Assembly: GCA_043809245.1 (NCBI GenBank)
Contig: JAZDDZ010000054.1
Location: forward strand, 32,001 to 96,000
Length of the DNA: 64,000 nt
Direction of reading: 5' to 3'
Origin: Candidatus Iainarchaeum sp.
Lineage (GTDB): Archaea > Iainarchaeota > Iainarchaeia > Iainarchaeales > JAZDDZ01
The position numbers and the translations under genes were made by a program. Below are positions 28,362 to 37,827 of this stretch, piece by piece (position 1 is the first letter of the stretch; every line of letters starts with the position of its first letter). The notes under the pieces were generated by a model. The model made no database searches. It saw only the letters and a program-made list of their open reading frames with translations, and was not told the origin of the DNA.

Positions 28362-29120
28362 ATGGCTGAAAAATCCAAGGCATTAATTGAAGGGGACAGG
28401 TATCTGCAGAGCGGAATACACATCGGCACAAGGTTCAAGAGCGGGGAAATGCGAAGATTCATTTACCGCGTAAGAAAGGACGGATTGAATGTATTCGACA
28501 TCTCAACCGTTGATGAAAAAATAGCTGTTGCGGCAAAATTCATTGCACAGTTCCCAAATGAAAGGATTGCGGTTGTGGCTAGAAAGCTTTACGCTTCAAC
28601 CCCTGTGAAATCATTCGCTGACGCCATCGGCGCAAAGGCATTCACTGCAAGGTTTGTGCCCGGCACTTTCACCAACCCCACTTCAAAAATATTCTTCGAG
28701 CCAAGGGTTGTAATTGTAACCGAATCAGAGCCGGATTCACAGGCAATAGAGGAGGCAACACGCATTAAGGTGCCGGTTGTCGCGCTATGCAGCACAAACA
28801 ACTCAACAAAAAACGTGGACATAGTTGTCCCGATGAACAACAAGGGAAGGAAAAGCCTTGCACTGGCCTACTGGCTGCTTGCAACGGAAATACTCAAGGC
28901 AAAAGGCGAAATCAAGGCGGATACTGATTTTCCAAAAACTCCGGAAGACTTTGAATACAAGCTGAAAGAAGGCGACATACAGGAAGGCGAGGACTCAGGC
29001 TATGATGAAAGAGGCCGCGGAAGAAGAAGCGGATTCAAAGGCAAAATGACCGGAAGGCCAGGCCTAAAGAGGGGCAAGCCTGAAAGCGGAAGAACTAACA
29101 CCAGAAGAAAGAGAGACTAA
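28362..29120 (+). CDS. rps2: 30S ribosomal protein S2 (uS2)
   Basis: YL..G.HIGT, RF.PGTFTNP, D.QAI.EA, P.NNKGRKSL. Confidence 0.97.
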   Translation: MAEKSKALIEGDRYLQSGIHIGTRFKSGEMRRFIYRVRKDGLNVFDISTVDEKIAVAAKFIAQFPNERIAVVARKLYASTPVKSFADAIGAKAFTARFVPGTFTNPTSKIFFEPRVVIVTESEPDSQAIEEATRIKVPVVALCSTNNSTKNVDIVVPMNNKGRKSLALAYWLLATEILKAKGEIKADTDFPKTPEDFEYKLKEGDIQEGEDSGYDERGRGRRSGFKGKMTGRPGLKRGKPESGRTNTRRKRD

Positions 29121-29938
29121 TGGCTCAAGCAACCCGTGAAGCTGCTGTCGCAGGGCAGTTTTATCCCCGCGACAGGGAATTACTAAAAAAGCAGATTTCT
29201 GATTTTATTTCAAAAGCAAAAAAGTCCGGGCAAAAAGAAAAAAGCAGCGCAGTTATAGCGCCGCATGCAGGGCTTATTTATTCGGGGCAGACAGCGGCTT
29301 ATTCATTCAATGCCCTACAAGCTGCGGAAACATTTCTCATTGTTTCGCCGAACCACACAGGCGTGGGGGAAAGAATAAGCGTTTTTCCCGCGGGAAAATG
29401 GGAAATGCCCTTGGGCGAAATTGAAATTGATTGGAAGCTAAGCGAAAAAATCTGCTTGGAATTGGGAATTGAACCTGATGAAAGCGCGCACATAGGCGAG
29501 CACTCGATTGAAGTGCAGCTTCCGTTTCTCCAATTCGTTTACGGAAACAAATTTAGGCTCGTTGCAATAACCATCGCGGAGAACAGGCTGCGGGAACTGA
29601 AAAAACTCGGGGAGGCGATTGCCAATGCATGCAAGGGCGAAAGCGTTTCCCTAATTGCCTCAAGCGATTTCAGCCACTTCATTCCGCTTAAAGCCGCAAA
29701 AAAAAGGGATTCGGAGGCAATTGGCTTCATTGAAAGGATTGACTTGGACGGATTCCACAAAACGGTTTTGGAAAAGTATTACAGCATCTGCGGCTTTGCC
29801 CCGATAACCGCGCTGATGCATTGCTGCAAAATAAACGGGTTCAAGGGCGCTGAACTTTTGCGCTATGACTCCAGCGCAACTGAGAGCGGCGATGAGGGAA
29901 GCGTTGTCGGTTACGCGGCAATCAAATTTTTAAAGTAA
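29120..29938 (+). CDS. amrB: MEMO1/AmmeMemoRadiSam protein B
   Basis: AVAGQFYP, PHAG..YSG, PNHTG, EHSIEVQLPFLQ, ASSDFSH, SICG, VVGYAA. Confidence 0.93.
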   Translation: MAQATREAAVAGQFYPRDRELLKKQISDFISKAKKSGQKEKSSAVIAPHAGLIYSGQTAAYSFNALQAAETFLIVSPNHTGVGERISVFPAGKWEMPLGEIEIDWKLSEKICLELGIEPDESAHIGEHSIEVQLPFLQFVYGNKFRLVAITIAENRLRELKKLGEAIANACKGESVSLIASSDFSHFIPLKAAKKRDSEAIGFIERIDLDGFHKTVLEKYYSICGFAPITALMHCCKINGFKGAELLRYDSSATESGDEGSVVGYAAIKFLK

Positions 29939-29966
29939 AAGCCGCTTATTTATTCGGCGGATACGA

Positions 29967-30755
29967 TTGAATGCAACCGAACTCCTGTGGAAATTCAAGG
30001 CATCACTGCTGCTTTTATTTCTCATTCTCTTAAGCTATGTTTTGCTTTCAAAGGGCGCTTTCTTCATTCCACTTGAATCGCTTTTGGCGGTTTCATTCAA
30101 CGCGCAGATGCCCCTGAATATTTTTTTCTACGAATTCATTCACACAGGCGTTTTCCACCTATCCGCAAACCTATTGTCGCTTCTCTTTTTCGCGCTTATT
30201 TTGGAGGCAGCGCTTTCCTCGCTTGATGTGGTGCTCGTGTTTCTTTTCTCCGGAACGCTTGCGGCAATTGTTTTTTCCTCGCTTAACCCTGCAACTGCAA
30301 TGATTGGCGCGAGCGCGGGAATAAGCGGATTGTTTGGCGCTGCGTTTTCATTGAAGCCCTTGAAAACGCTTATTGCGACGGCTGCGGCTTTGGCTCTTCT
30401 TTACTTTGCGGTTGCGCCCGCGCTTTCATTTGCAATCGGGGAATTTGAAGCAAACTCAACGCAAAAGATTTCAGCGCTTGAACTGGATTTGAACAGGGCA
30501 CGGGAACAGGGTGACCTGAACAAGGCTGCAGTGATTTCCAAAAAGCTAACTGAATCAAAAAAAGAGATTGAAAAATTCGGCGAGGGAAAAGAATTCGAAA
30601 TCAAGACAAGCACTGATTTCTTTGTGCACGGCTATGCCGCCGCGTTCGGCTTCCTTTACGTTTTCTTATTCAGGAGAAAAAAGTTCTCGGAAGCAATGAA
30701 GGGGATAAGAGAGAAAAGAATTGCAGTTCAGGGAAAGATTTTTGGAAAAAAATAA
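29967..30755 (+). CDS. Rhomboid-family intramembrane serine protease
   Basis: FIH....HL..N, GASAG.SG catalytic Ser, C-terminal His in TM (HGYAAAFG); multiple TMs. Confidence 0.8.
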   Translation: MNATELLWKFKASLLLLFLILLSYVLLSKGAFFIPLESLLAVSFNAQMPLNIFFYEFIHTGVFHLSANLLSLLFFALILEAALSSLDVVLVFLFSGTLAAIVFSSLNPATAMIGASAGISGLFGAAFSLKPLKTLIATAAALALLYFAVAPALSFAIGEFEANSTQKISALELDLNRAREQGDLNKAAVISKKLTESKKEIEKFGEGKEFEIKTSTDFFVHGYAAAFGFLYVFLFRRKKFSEAMKGIREKRIAVQGKIFGKK

Positions 30756-30912
30756 GATTGGCTTAAAACAGCAGCCTGCTAAGTATTTATTTTTTAATGT
30801 CTGCCTCTCCTTATCCATTTTTCAGCGGAAGTTGTAATGTCCATGATTCACTTTCTTTGGTTCCTAGGTGATTCGCTTATTTTTTAGTTAATCATCTGTT
30901 TTTAGGGCGTCT

Positions 30913-31281
30913 TTAGTCAGCTATCCTCCTACGCGGTTTGTCTTTTAATTTGCGGCCTTTTCGGACAACTCCTCTTCTAGTTGCAGTCACGCGGTCGCCA
31001 GGATTTAACCCATACCTAATTCCAAGGTCATCAGCCTTTGCATCTATGCCCCCCATTAAATTTGCAGCCCCTACTTCGCGGCCAGCTATCAGTGTTTGGG
31101 CTTTTGAGTATTTCCTTCTTTCTTTTCCTTCAGACAATACCTGCTGCCTTGAGAGATCTCTTCTCCCGAGATCTATGCCTGAAAGTCTTAAAACTTGGGC
31201 CGGGTATTCCCCGCCGCTACGTATAAGCCTACCTCTAAACGTGCTGACCCTATTACGTTTACGTTTTATTCTTTGCCTCAT
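30913..31281 (-). CDS. Arg-rich hypothetical protein (122 aa)
   Basis: ORF MRQRIKRKRNR...PRRRIAD downstream of trmB on the same strand; no recognised motif. Confidence 0.5.
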   Translation of the reverse strand: MRQRIKRKRNRVSTFRGRLIRSGGEYPAQVLRLSGIDLGRRDLSRQQVLSEGKERRKYSKAQTLIAGREVGAANLMGGIDAKADDLGIRYGLNPGDRVTATRRGVVRKGRKLKDKPRRRIAD

Positions 31282-31343
31282 TTTTGGTATTATTGCTCCA
31301 ACCAATATAATCCATCCCCTTTTTTTGTTCAAACCACATTCAA

Positions 31344-32105
31344 TCACAATTTTTTTCCCTGTTTCCAGGAGTCGTCAAAGTGCTTTTGCAAGGCGTTAGC
31401 CATTGCCTTGTTGTCAGGCCAGATTGTGAAATGGTATTCCGGCTGGTCTTTTGAGAAATCGCTTAACGCCATTACAACTTTTTTTCCGTCAATTATGTAA
31501 GCGTGCATTCCATGGTCAAAGTCCTTTACTGTTGCGCCGTGCTCTGAGAAATCCTTTGCGAGCCTGGCGCTTTCACCCGCGATTTTTCCAATGAGCTTTA
31601 TTTCGATTTTTTTTGCCTTGGCATTCTTAATGTGGTCCTTGAGTAAGTGCTGTTCTTTGGAGAAATGCGTGAAGCCGGAAACAGATTCCTTTGCGGAATC
31701 AATTTCCTGGCCTAAAATGCGGGTGAAATCACTTTTGTCCTTTACCTTCATTACCTTTTCAATTGCTTCCTTTTGGCCTTCGCCGCTGAAGCTTCCCCTC
31801 AAATCCTTGGCTTTTTCCTCCAATTCCTTTAAACTGGCTTTTTTTTCGGATATAAGTGAATCAAAAACCCTTCCAACTTCAACAGAGCGGTATTTCTTTG
31901 GCCTGCCGTAAATTTCAATGATCAGGCCTTTCTTTGTAAGGCGCTCCAATACATCGTAAACCCTTGTCTTTGGAACCTGTGCAATGCGGCTGATTTCAGG
32001 GGCCTCGGCTTCCCTTAACTTGAACAAAGCGTTAAGGCTCTTTGCCTCGTATTCAGTCAAGCCAAGGTTTTCAAGAAAACCGTGAACCTCTGCTTCCGCC
32101 ATCAA
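31344..32105 (-). CDS. TrmB-family transcriptional regulator
   Basis: LGLTEYEAK...EIS..AQVP.TRVYDVL..L..KG......GRPKKY; PLD-like C-domain (IIDGK). Confidence 0.93.
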   Translation of the reverse strand: MMAEAEVHGFLENLGLTEYEAKSLNALFKLREAEAPEISRIAQVPKTRVYDVLERLTKKGLIIEIYGRPKKYRSVEVGRVFDSLISEKKASLKELEEKAKDLRGSFSGEGQKEAIEKVMKVKDKSDFTRILGQEIDSAKESVSGFTHFSKEQHLLKDHIKNAKAKKIEIKLIGKIAGESARLAKDFSEHGATVKDFDHGMHAYIIDGKKVVMALSDFSKDQPEYHFTIWPDNKAMANALQKHFDDSWKQGKKL

Positions 32106-32200
32106 AACCGCCTCAACACATAAATATGGTAAAAAACATCAAATTATACTAAAGATAATGTCATAATTACTATATATAGTTTACTGCTTTCAGTTAAAAG

Positions 32201-32230
32201 GTGTCAGATGGATATTTCTGCATTTGACAC
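32201..32230. promoter_or_regulatory. Inverted repeat between divergent trmB and the TA pair
   Basis: GTGTCAGATG-N10-CATTTGACAC. Confidence 0.35.
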
Positions 32231-32312
32231 ACACCCTTCACACAACATTTTAATGAAAAGGTAGTGCAAAGGTAATGAAATATTTAAATACTGTTTGTTG
32301 CAGTTTATTCTT

Positions 32313-32573
32313 ATGATTGTGGTCTGGACAAGGCATTCAAGGGAACGGTTCTTTGAGCGCCTGCTGATTTACGGTATAAACCTTGGAGAGGTTGAACAAA
32401 ACATAATCGCGCAAAAAGTAAGGGAAAAGCAGGACGATAGAACTGTTAAAACAGTCTTCAAGGTTCTTGATTATTATTTTACTGTGATAAAAGAGGAAAC
32501 AAAAAAATATGCAAACGTTGTAAGCATCTGGGAGGCAAACGAAAAGGAGGTTGATTTATGGAGAAAAAAGTAG
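32313..32573 (+). CDS. Putative toxin (DUF4258/BrnT-like RNase fold)
   Basis: Small; WTRHSRER, C-terminal VVSIW; overlaps downstream Zn-finger antitoxin. Confidence 0.55.
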   Translation: MIVVWTRHSRERFFERLLIYGINLGEVEQNIIAQKVREKQDDRTVKTVFKVLDYYFTVIKEETKKYANVVSIWEANEKEVDLWRKK

Positions 32574-32887
32574 ATTGTGTCTTTTGCGGCGGCGAAACAG
32601 AGGTTAAATGCGAAACCATTGAATTGCTTGGCGGGAAGGTAACCCTGAAAGAACAGCCGTATTATTCTTGCAGGAAGTGTAAAAAGGAGTTTGTTTCAAG
32701 CGAACAAATGAGGGAAACGGAGAAACAGTTAAACTCTTTTTCAATAACACGGCAAATTGTTTCAACTGGAAGGAGCCTTGCGGTAACGATTCCCGCTGAC
32801 CTCGCGGAATTCTATAACCTGAAAAAAGGCGAAAAAGTGCAGCTCATCCCTGAAAGCAGGCATTTGCTAAAATTAAAAATGCATTAA
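32558..32887 (+). CDS. YgiT/MqsA-type zinc finger + AbrB/MazE DNA-binding antitoxin
   Basis: CVFCGG...CRKC..EF, then STGRSLAVTIP......L.KG. Confidence 0.75.
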   Translation: MEKKVDCVFCGGETEVKCETIELLGGKVTLKEQPYYSCRKCKKEFVSSEQMRETEKQLNSFSITRQIVSTGRSLAVTIPADLAEFYNLKKGEKVQLIPESRHLLKLKMH

Positions 32888-32953
32888 TTGCCTGCCCGGC
32901 AATACCGTATTATTCCTTTCGCAGCCCTAACTTTAAGGAAAAAGGTGTTATTC

Positions 32954-34618
32954 TTGGAGGAAAAGGTAAGGCAGCACGCACACCGTTACGCGGTAAAAAA
33001 TGCGTTCCTGCACTCTGGAAAAGCCGATTTGGGCGCGGTAGTGGGAAAAGTAATCGCATTAGAGAAAGGATTGGACTTCAAAAAGGCAATGCCAATCATA
33101 AAAGAAGAGGTAGACAAAGTAAACGCAATGGGCCTTGAAGAAATAAAGGCAGCATACGAAAAATTTGAAGGCTCCTATGAATTAAAGCCCAAAGAAAAAG
33201 TGCCCGGCCTAGAGCCACTTGAATGGGCTGAAAAAGGGGAAAAAGCCATTACGCGTTTTGCGCCAAACCCAAACGGCCCCTTTCATTTGGGCAATGCGCG
33301 TGCGGCAATCCTTTCACACGAATACGCACGCAAATATAATGGGCGCTTTTATCTTCGATTTGATGACACTGACCCCAAAGTGAAAAAGCCGATTGCAAAC
33401 GCAAAAGAAGTGTTTTTGCATGACTTGCAGTGGCTTGGATGCAAAGTGGACGAGGTTTTCTTTGCCTCAGACAGGCTTGAAATTTACTACGAGCACATGA
33501 AAAAACTAATTGAATTGGGCGGCGCATATGTATGCAGCTGTGAATCGCAAAAATGGCGTGAAATGACCAAGGAAAAAAAAGCCTGCCCGCACCGGGAAGT
33601 GGAGCCGAAAGAGCAGAAAAAACTGTTTGAGCAAATGCTTTCACATCAGCTAAAAGAAGGGCAGGCGGTTTTAAGGGTGAAAACTGAGTTGGACCACGCA
33701 GACCCAAGCATTCGCGACTGGTGGGCAGCAAAAATTGTTGATGAAGTCAATCATCCAAACAAAAACGCGCAGGGAAAACACGTTTGGCCCAGCTATAATT
33801 TCGCTTCCGCTGTTGACGACCACTTGCTTGGCACAACGCTTATTCTCCGCGGGCAAGAGCACGCGCAAAACCAGACAAAACAGGAGTTTTTGTACACCTA
33901 CTTTGGATGGGTTTACCCCCATGCAATGCATTTCGGAAGAGTCAAATTAGAGGGAATGGTTTTAAGCACTTCAAAAATAGCGAAAGGAATAGAGGAAGGC
34001 CTTTACACTGGCTGGGATGACCCAAGGCTTGGCACGATAAAGGCTTTGAGGCGAAGGGGCTTTGACCCCCGCGCACTGAAAGAGGCAATCATTGAAATCG
34101 GCGCAAAGCCAAATGATGCGACAATTGAAATGTCCAAGCTAAGCGACCTGGACAAAAAGTTCATTGAAAGCGAAAGCAGGCGCGCTGCATTCTTTGAAGA
34201 GCCGGTTAAACTTGACGTGATTTACGCACAGGAATCGGAAGTGGAAAAAGACGGAGTGCAGTTCTCCCTTGCCCCAGGCACACAAACATTCCTTGTGCCA
34301 AAAAAAGAACTGGAGCCATTAAAGGAGGGAAGCGTTATCCGCTTAAGGCAGGCTTACAACGTGCTTTTAAGGAAAAAAGACGAGTTCACTGCAATCGGGG
34401 AATGGGCCGGTGCTGCAAAAAAAGACAAAAACATAATCAACTGGGTACTTAATCCAATGGACGTGGAAGTGCTTGACGCGAAAAACCAGAAGGTTTTAGG
34501 CGTGACAGAGGAATTCAATGCAAAAAAAGGCGACAGGCTTTGCTTTGACAAATTCGGCTATGTTATAGTTGAAGAGGCAAAAAACGGGAAAATTAACTGC
34601 ATTTTCACGCACAAATAA
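32954..34618 (+). CDS. gltX: Glutamyl-tRNA synthetase (archaeal type)
   Basis: RFAPNPNGPFHLGNAR (HIGH), RFDDTDP, LSTSK, GWDDPRL.T..A.RRRG. TTG start chosen after AAGGTG. Confidence 0.97.
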   Translation: MEEKVRQHAHRYAVKNAFLHSGKADLGAVVGKVIALEKGLDFKKAMPIIKEEVDKVNAMGLEEIKAAYEKFEGSYELKPKEKVPGLEPLEWAEKGEKAITRFAPNPNGPFHLGNARAAILSHEYARKYNGRFYLRFDDTDPKVKKPIANAKEVFLHDLQWLGCKVDEVFFASDRLEIYYEHMKKLIELGGAYVCSCESQKWREMTKEKKACPHREVEPKEQKKLFEQMLSHQLKEGQAVLRVKTELDHADPSIRDWWAAKIVDEVNHPNKNAQGKHVWPSYNFASAVDDHLLGTTLILRGQEHAQNQTKQEFLYTYFGWVYPHAMHFGRVKLEGMVLSTSKIAKGIEEGLYTGWDDPRLGTIKALRRRGFDPRALKEAIIEIGAKPNDATIEMSKLSDLDKKFIESESRRAAFFEEPVKLDVIYAQESEVEKDGVQFSLAPGTQTFLVPKKELEPLKEGSVIRLRQAYNVLLRKKDEFTAIGEWAGAAKKDKNIINWVLNPMDVEVLDAKNQKVLGVTEEFNAKKGDRLCFDKFGYVIVEEAKNGKINCIFTHK

Positions 34619-34719
34619 AATGCCTCGCCAAAAAAGCGCTTCTTTAATGCATAAATAGGCCTTTGAACATTTTTCAGGCACATAAAAAGCCAATCGCCTT
34701 TTAAACTGTTTATTGCCAA

Positions 34720-34733
34720 TGAACATATGTTCA
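34720..34733. promoter_or_regulatory. Palindromic operator upstream of the HTH-MNT gene
   Basis: Perfect palindrome TGAACATATGTTCA; extra TGAACA half-sites at 34664 and 34741; TTTAAA TATA-like just upstream. Confidence 0.5.
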
Positions 34734-34755
34734 GTCTTAATGAACAGTGAGTTTT

Positions 34756-35373
34756 ATGCGAATGCTGCAAACCTTAATTGATTCGGATGCGAAGACAAGG
34801 CTTTTGGAAAAGCTTTTTGAGAGGCCGGGCGTATCTTTATCCGTGTCAGAACTTGGAAGGATTGCTGGCTTGTCTAAGGCATCTGTCTCAAATATAGTTT
34901 CTGAATGGGAAAAATCCGGATTGGCGCTCTCGGCACACGAGGGCAGGAACAAGATGGTTTGCATTAACTGCAAGTTTTACCTGCTCCCTGAACTGAAAAG
35001 GATTTTCGAGAAAACTAAGGATTTTCAAAAGCCGTTAGTGGAGGAGCTAAGGAAAATGCCGAGCCTAAAAAACAAGGAAGTGAAAGCGGTAATAATGTTT
35101 GGCTCTAGGGCAGGAAAAGACTTCACACATTACTCGGATTTTGATGTGCTTGTCGTGGTGGAAAACAGCAACAGCAATTTGTCTGAAAGAATCATGGAAG
35201 AATCAGTAAAAGTGTCTGAAATAACAGGCATTCGTTTTTCACCAGTGATAATGGGCACAAAGGACTTCAATGACAGATGGAAAGAAAAAGACAAGTTCAT
35301 ACAAAACATACTTAAGGAAGGCAGGGCACTCAAAGGAGGGAAATGGATTGGGAACATTCAAGCATCACGCTGA
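34756..35373 (+). CDS. wHTH + minimal nucleotidyltransferase (MNT) antitoxin
   Basis: SVSELGRIAGLSKASVS HTH; MFGSRA......SDFDVLVV. Confidence 0.88.
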   Translation: MRMLQTLIDSDAKTRLLEKLFERPGVSLSVSELGRIAGLSKASVSNIVSEWEKSGLALSAHEGRNKMVCINCKFYLLPELKRIFEKTKDFQKPLVEELRKMPSLKNKEVKAVIMFGSRAGKDFTHYSDFDVLVVVENSNSNLSERIMEESVKVSEITGIRFSPVIMGTKDFNDRWKEKDKFIQNILKEGRALKGGKWIGNIQASR

Positions 35374-35716
35374 CCTTGCAAGCGAACGCTTCCAAGTGGC
35401 GGAAGAACAATTTGATGAAGAAAATTACCACACAGCAGCGCACCTTTACATTAACTCTGCAATAAATTACCATAACGCATTATGCCAGAAATTCCTAAAA
35501 CAAATACCCTCACACAAACCGCATTCTGACACGAGTTACTTTAATGAACTCAGAAAGCCATTGGGCCCAGAATTCCAAAAATACACAGCCGCCTATCAAT
35601 TCCTCATAGGATACAAGAGCCAGGCAGACTATGGAACAGAGCTCTCATTTGAAATTGCAAAGCAAATAAAGAGGAGGGCAAGGACAATTAAAGAAATAGC
35701 AGAAGCCCTGCTGTAA
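35348..35716 (+). CDS. HEPN-domain protein
   Basis: Helical, follows MNT; A.E.F....Y..A, H.D, KSQADYG (R/K...DY motif). TTG start after GGAGGG. Confidence 0.7.
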   Translation: MGTFKHHADLASERFQVAEEQFDEENYHTAAHLYINSAINYHNALCQKFLKQIPSHKPHSDTSYFNELRKPLGPEFQKYTAAYQFLIGYKSQADYGTELSFEIAKQIKRRARTIKEIAEALL

Positions 35717-35824
35717 AACAATTATTTTTTAGGGCAAACAACCATGAGTATAGGGGAAAATACAGTTAAAAGACCTGCCGCAAATGTTTATAATTTATTG
35801 GCTGCACAAAATTGTTGTGATTAT

Positions 35825-36031
35825 ATGCAGGTCCAAATTTCAAAAAAACTCGACAAAAAAATAAGGCAGGCATCAAAAACATTGGGCTTTGAAGAAAAAA
35901 AAATAGTTGAACGGGCAATTTTGTTTTATCTTTCGGCAGTGAAAAGCCAGCTTGAACTGAAAAGAGAATTCATTGAATGGGATTTGTTAAGTGACGAGGC
36001 ACTCGGGTTATTTGAAAAGGGCTTGAAATGA
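35825..36031 (+). CDS. Putative antitoxin (ribbon-helix-helix-like)
   Basis: Small; IVERAI..YL, E...WD.LSDEAL..FE; overlaps MazF start. Confidence 0.65.
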   Translation: MQVQISKKLDKKIRQASKTLGFEEKKIVERAILFYLSAVKSQLELKREFIEWDLLSDEALGLFEKGLK

Positions 36032-36354
36032 ATAAAGGCGAAATCTGGAATGTTGAAATTCCAGCCTCAAATGGCCACGAGCAAAGCGGTTTAAGGCCTG
36101 CTTTGGTTTTATCCGAAGGGGAAGCGGGAATAGCAATTATCGCACCTTTTACAGCCAATCTCCAAGCCATGAGATACAATTATACAGTAAGCGTAGGCCC
36201 TTCAAAATCAAACGGCTTAACCATTGATTCAGTTGCACTCGTATTTCAGTTGCGCGCAATTGACTCTAAAAGGCTGAAAAACAGGATAGGCAAACTTGAA
36301 GAAAAACCATTAAGGGAAATTGAAGCACTGATTAAACGGCTGCTGAAAATTTAG
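36028..36354 (+). CDS. mazF: PemK/MazF-family toxin
   Basis: KGEIW.V......GHEQ.G.RPALVLS, NGL..DS.AL.FQ.RAID..RL...IG. Confidence 0.93.
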   Translation: MNKGEIWNVEIPASNGHEQSGLRPALVLSEGEAGIAIIAPFTANLQAMRYNYTVSVGPSKSNGLTIDSVALVFQLRAIDSKRLKNRIGKLEEKPLREIEALIKRLLKI

Positions 36355-36405
36355 CGGCAAAAAGTGCAGTGCATTTTCACGCACAAGTAAGGGTTCCTGA
36401 TCAGG

Positions 36406-37827
36406 ATGAGCACTGCAGCAAGAATCGCAAAAAACACTTTTTTCCTTGCATCAGGGCAGATTGCCTGGCTGTTTCTCTCCCTGCTCCTTTTAGCGGTTGC
36501 AGGCAGGCAGCTGGGTGTTGATGATTTCGGAAAATACGCCTTTGCATTCTCCTTTGCCGCAATATTCCTTGCATTCACTGAAATGGGCTTCGGGCAATTG
36601 ATTGTGAGGGATGTCGCAAGGGAAAAAAGCCTAACGGAAAAATACCTTGGAAACATTTTTTCAGCAAAGCTATTGCTTGGCTTAGCGGCTTTCGCGCTTG
36701 CCGCATTGCTCGTGAATCTTTTGGGTTACCCTGCTGACACGAAAACCGCGGTCTACCTCTTAAGCGCCTACACCGTGCTTTCCTCTCTCGCGGGGCTTGC
36801 GAAAAACGTTTTCCGCGCACACGAAAAAATGAAATACGAAAGCGCGATAACTGTTTCAGCCAAAACCCTCAATGTTGCGCTGGGTGTTGCAGCGCTTTTT
36901 TTGGGCTATGGGCTCATAGGGCTTTGCCTTGCATTCCTTTTATCAGGGGCATTTGAATTCATTGCCTCATTTTTTTTGCTGTCATGGAAAATCTCGCGCT
37001 TCAGGCCTGAAATTGATTTCGTTTTCTGGCGCAGGATTTTTTCAGATGCCGCTGCATTCGTTGCAATCGCGTTCATTGCCTCGCTTTACGGAAGCGCAAA
37101 CCAGTTGCTCCTGTCATTCTTTAACGGCGACACCGCAACAGGAATATTCGGCGCAGCATTCAAGCTCATTGAAGGATTTGAAATGCTGCCCTGGCTTTTC
37201 ATTGCAGCAGTGTTTCCCGCGCTTTCGCTTTTCTTTTCCTCTTCCAGGGAACTGCTGCAGAAAACCTATTCAAAGGCATTCAAGCTGCTGTTCATGATAG
37301 GGCTTCCCTTTGCGGTAGGGGTTACTTTAACCTCTGATAAAATAATCTCCCTTGTATTCGGAACAGAATTCATTGGCGCAGCCACAGTTCTCACTATTCT
37401 TGCATGGGCTTCGCTTTTGAAAACCCTTAACTCGCTTGACGTATCCCTGCTTTTTGCTGCAAACCAGCAGAAAAAAGTGCTTGGTTTTGCAGCTGCAAGC
37501 GCATTAATTGCATTGGCAGTGCAGCTTGCATTCATCAAGGAAAGCTTTTTCGGCGCTGCAGGGGCGCTTATTGCCGCAGTGTTTTTCGGCTTCACTGCAA
37601 ACCACTTAAATGCGCGAAAAATCTGCCGCACCGGGGAAAATGCTTTCATCCTAAAATCATGCATTGCCGCAATTGCAATGGCCTTGTTTCTCCTCTTTTT
37701 TGCATGGATTGAAGTGATTGCATTGATTGTTTTTGCGGCAGCGATTTACTTTGCGGCATTGCTTTTGCTGAAGGGAATTTCAACGGAAGAAATTGGGATG
37801 GCAAGGAAAGCAATTGGCTTGAACTAA
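36406..37827 (+). CDS. Polysaccharide flippase (Wzx/RfbX family)
   Basis: IAKN, R.LG...FG.Y.FA, G....I.R..A, G...AA, FP.LS; many TMs. Confidence 0.92.
   Translation: MSTAARIAKNTFFLASGQIAWLFLSLLLLAVAGRQLGVDDFGKYAFAFSFAAIFLAFTEMGFGQLIVRDVAREKSLTEKYLGNIFSAKLLLGLAAFALAALLVNLLGYPADTKTAVYLLSAYTVLSSLAGLAKNVFRAHEKMKYESAITVSAKTLNVALGVAALFLGYGLIGLCLAFLLSGAFEFIASFFLLSWKISRFRPEIDFVFWRRIFSDAAAFVAIAFIASLYGSANQLLLSFFNGDTATGIFGAAFKLIEGFEMLPWLFIAAVFPALSLFFSSSRELLQKTYSKAFKLLFMIGLPFAVGVTLTSDKIISLVFGTEFIGAATVLTILAWASLLKTLNSLDVSLLFAANQQKKVLGFAAASALIALAVQLAFIKESFFGAAGALIAAVFFGFTANHLNARKICRTGENAFILKSCIAAIAMALFLLFFAWIEVIALIVFAAAIYFAALLLLKGISTEEIGMARKAIGLN

Larger units (their letters stand above)
34598..36390 (+). 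mobile_element. Toxin-antitoxin islet bounded by a direct repeat of the gltX 3' end
   Basis: TGCATTTTCACGCACAAATAA (34598-34618) and TGCATTTTCACGCACAAGTAA (36370-36390), 20/21 identical. No integrase inside. Confidence 0.75.

Noticed and set aside
30938-31399. Plus-strand 153-aa ORF
   Set aside because: It overlaps trmB and the minus-strand Arg-rich ORF, and its F/S/L/P-rich composition is typical of antisense shadows.
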